DNA of 64,000 bases, taken from NCBI GenBank assembly GCA_013265495.1, contig MU059829.1, positions 2,976,001-3,040,000 on the forward strand, written 5' to 3'. The notes beneath the pieces were generated by a model. The model saw nothing but the letters and a program-made list of their open reading frames with translations. It had not been told where the DNA came from and did not search any database. Positions within the stretch are counted from its first letter, which is position 1, and the number at the start of each line of letters is the position of its first letter. Position numbers and translations under genes: made by a program. Positions 61,091-64,000 of this stretch are shown here, piece after piece. Origin of the DNA: Vicugna vicugna. Taxonomy: Eukaryota.

Positions 61091-62513
61091 CTGCTTCTGT
61101 GCTTTTGGGTAATTTTCCTTGAAGGAAACATTCCATGGAGCAAAGGGCTAAGTTGTCCCTTAGAGAGAGAAAGGAGTAGGGGTGAAGGAAAGGACCTCAA
61201 ATCCCTGAGCCTAAAGGGGACAAACTCTGGAGCAGGAGGGACCGGGCACCTCTTTGGAGGAGCAGTTGTAAAGTACTGTTCTGGACAAATCCGGCTGCTG
61301 GCAGTTCCTGAACAAACCACCCACTTTGAAGCCAACAGGGCTTTCTATGGCAGGTCTTCACTCTAGGGCACAGACACTCATCTTGAAAAAAAGTAGATAA
61401 ATTATAGGGACCTTGTAAGACTCAATGAAAATTTCAGTTTCTGGAAATAACTTTTTCTTCGTGTTCACTGGAGGCAGCATGAGCTGTTTCCCTCAGTGGT
61501 TTATGCTTACTCACCTCATGGCCCCTTTGTAGTGTGAGAAGCATCTCTTGCCCCAGCATCGCCCACGCATCCCCCTAACTAGCGTGGCACCTGGTGCTTA
61601 CAAAGCGGCCCGTGAACATTGTGAACCAGGGCCGGTGAATGTAATAAAGACCAGTGGAAGAAGCTGAAGGGAGGTGAGTTTCTTTGCTCCCTGTGTTTCT
61701 CAGTCCCATTGCACAGACAGACAGACACACGAGCCTCGGGAAACTGACTTATCTTTCTTCATTCACTCAGCGTGTATTTTTGATGCCTGGGATGTGCCAG
61801 ACATTGTCTGTTATGTGTGGGACTAGGACTTGAATCTAAATGGTCTCAAGATGAAGACCATTTGAAGAACACTGGAAGAGTTCTTGAATGTTTTCCTTCT
61901 CATTTCTTTTCTTGGATCAAGTGTCAATTCTGTTTTTCTAAAGTTGGAAAAATACTTTCAAATTATTCCTGATACACTTTTCTGAAAACGTTTTGGCACC
62001 TTCCTCCAGAAACTTTCTGTATAACTAATTTTATGTATGGGAAATACAGAATTTTTAATGATAAATTAAGAAGGAGGCTTAGCAGGAAAGAGACAAGTGG
62101 GAGCTGAGGAGAGCAAGAGGGAGAAGCGGGTTGAGACGGGGAAGGTAGGAGGGAGACCCGTGTGATCAGAGCAGTAATAGTATCATTTGCAAAGTCAGCT
62201 GCAGTGAGTATGAGAGGTTGATCTATATGGCCATGAATTCAGATGTGCAGAACGTAATTTTATTTGTACTGGGGCTGTAATTGATTTCTTTTTCAAGATG
62301 CCCATTTTGTCTGAGTCAGAAAAGTGTATTTATTCACTCTTAAGCTTGTTGGAATCAGTGATTTCTTAGTCCATTGGGTCTCTCTCTCTTGATGATGTTA
62401 AGAGCCAGGGCCTGAGGAAAGGCCGTGGTGTCAACGGTGGGAAGCGGGTGTGGCTTCATTGCCTCATCTCTGCCCCTCGGATCCCTTCATGATCGTCCCT
62501 GGGCCCCTGGCCA

Positions 62514-62600
62514 GGCACACAGCCTTGCCTGGCGCGCACCCTCGCCCAGGCGCGCACCCCCACCCGGCACACACCCTCGCCCGGCACGCACCCTCGCCCT
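62514..62600. repeat. GC-rich minisatellite, 5 units of 17-18 bp (consensus ggcacgcaccctcgccc)
   Basis: Units: ggcacacagccttgcct / ggcgcgcaccctcgccca / ggcgcgcacccccaccc / ggcacacaccctcgccc / ggcacgcaccctcgccc. Confidence 0.9.
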
Positions 62601-64000
62601 GGACAGGAGCTCTTTCTGAGTCTGTGGCTTCCTCTCTGTCAACCACGGCCAACATTGCTCTAATTTTAGTGTTTTCTGTTGTGTAAGAGTGAAAACAACG
62701 TGACCTAGTGTATTTCTCCTTTTTGCTGCAGATGCAAAATGCCTACCTTTGGGGCCTAGAAACAGTAGCTAGTTGTTTTGTATTTATGGATCGTTAAGTA
62801 TGTTGTTTGAACTAGATTTTTTGACAGTGAGACAGATATCCACTTAGATGTCAATCTACCGATCCGTGTATTGACCTACCAATCTGTTTATCTTGGTTGC
62901 TTCAATACATTCTATCGACACAAACCAGTGGGTTGAGGTAACAGGTAATAGATCTGTATTACCTGTGTCCATCTAGCCAGTGAGGTGGGTCAGAGCCATC
63001 TCTGAATGAAGGGGTAGTTAAGATGTCACAGCTCAATGACCTCACATCCTATTTTGAATTCCAATTTAATCTTTAAGTCACTTTTTGTTTTTTTAGAAAT
63101 AGTTGTAGTATCAATCTTAAATAAATGCACAAATAACCATTCTCTAGGGAACCATATTTAGAAATAGTCCATCTGCTTGAAAGTCTCTTCAAACTGTGGG
63201 TAAAGTCAAGTAGATGGTGACTAGTAAAATGCCTTCACAATTCAGACATTGAAGGATGAATTTTTCAAAAGTGCTAAGCATTGGAGAAGTGAAAAATGTG
63301 ATTTTCTCTATTCTATTCTATTTAAAACACTGAACTATTAAGTTAAGTTTAGCCTAAATTTGGCCATTTGGATATCTATTATCTATGCACAACTTATATT
63401 GATCTTAAAGAAAATCAGTTTTCTGTTATTTCTGACAATTTCCAACTCCTAACAATTGTGAAAATTGAATGACATAATTAATCTAAGGTGTTCTAAATTT
63501 GTTTGCCAATGGTAAGATAATAAAATTTTTCTGTTATTTTCTTCTGAGTACTTTTCAGAAAACCAAGTTAGTTTTCCTAATGTTATGTATCTTCAAACAT
63601 AGTAATCATAAAATCAAGTCATAAATAAAAAACTTCATTTATTACATATTTAAAGCTGAAAGCATGCATGGATTTTAAATTGAACTGATTCATGGGCTAG
63701 ATTGAACCAAAACAAAAGGCTGAAATAATAAATTAGAAGTTGGGTCGTCATCAGTTTCGAGCTCAGCCCTGTTCGTGACAGTACAGACACCACGCCTCAT
63801 CTTAGCTCTTGGGAATGCGTTTACCCTTCAGTGTCTCTGTTTTCCAACCTGCAATCAAACTAAGACGTTGTTCTTGTTAATAATTTTAATGCTTTGAAAG
63901 TGAGAAGCTTCACTCTTTTATCAATTGTCATCTCCAGTCATTTGTCAAAAGGTTTCAGGACAGTAACTCAGGAATGAGTTCCATACTGGACTCTGTGTGC

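Noticed and set aside
58105-61366. Dense overlapping 100-175 aa ORFs on both strands
   Set aside because: Expected from high GC content (few stop codons). They show no domain-like sequence and no CSMD1 similarity.
61671-61679. Consensus donor GAG|GTGAGT as the end of a first exon from the CpG cluster
   Set aside because: The same motif occurs at about 19050 and 57507, so it is at chance frequency. It is also about 600 bp from the cluster.
62941-62966. Perfect 10-bp stem acaggtaata-gatctg-tattacctgt (miRNA or terminator-like)
   Set aside because: Too short for a pre-miRNA, and roughly one such stem is expected by chance in this window.

Overview
Mammalian genomic DNA, most likely a camelid (alpaca or camel), judged from a vic-1-like tRNA-derived SINE at 14.4 kb and cetartiodactyl-type L1 3' ends. 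The whole window lies inside the giant gene CSMD1 on the + strand. I found one coding exon, 46820-46907 (88 nt, ag|...|gt, encoding (L)[28 protein letters not shown](R), the start of a Sushi/CCP domain; exon 8 by my recollection of the human structure). The rest is intron filled with decayed L1, L2, MIR, MaLR/ERVL LTR and DNA-transposon fragments, microsatellites and three N blocks. No ORF in the supplied track is a credible host gene; a few are L1 ORF2 remnants. I see no evidence of a new multi-gene system. Best leads: (1) a SINE with a 34-nt extra 3' segment and second poly(A) inside one target-site duplication (possible 3' transduction); (2) a near-perfect 317-bp tandem duplication; (3) strong local AT-to-GC substitution bias, shown by two copies of the same L1 3' end (12.6 kb vs 57.8 kb), next to an orphan CpG cluster at 60.5-61.1 kb and a G4-prone minisatellite at 62.5 kb. 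Repeat family names come from my memory of consensus sequences, not a database search. Their boundaries are approximate unless a TSD is quoted.
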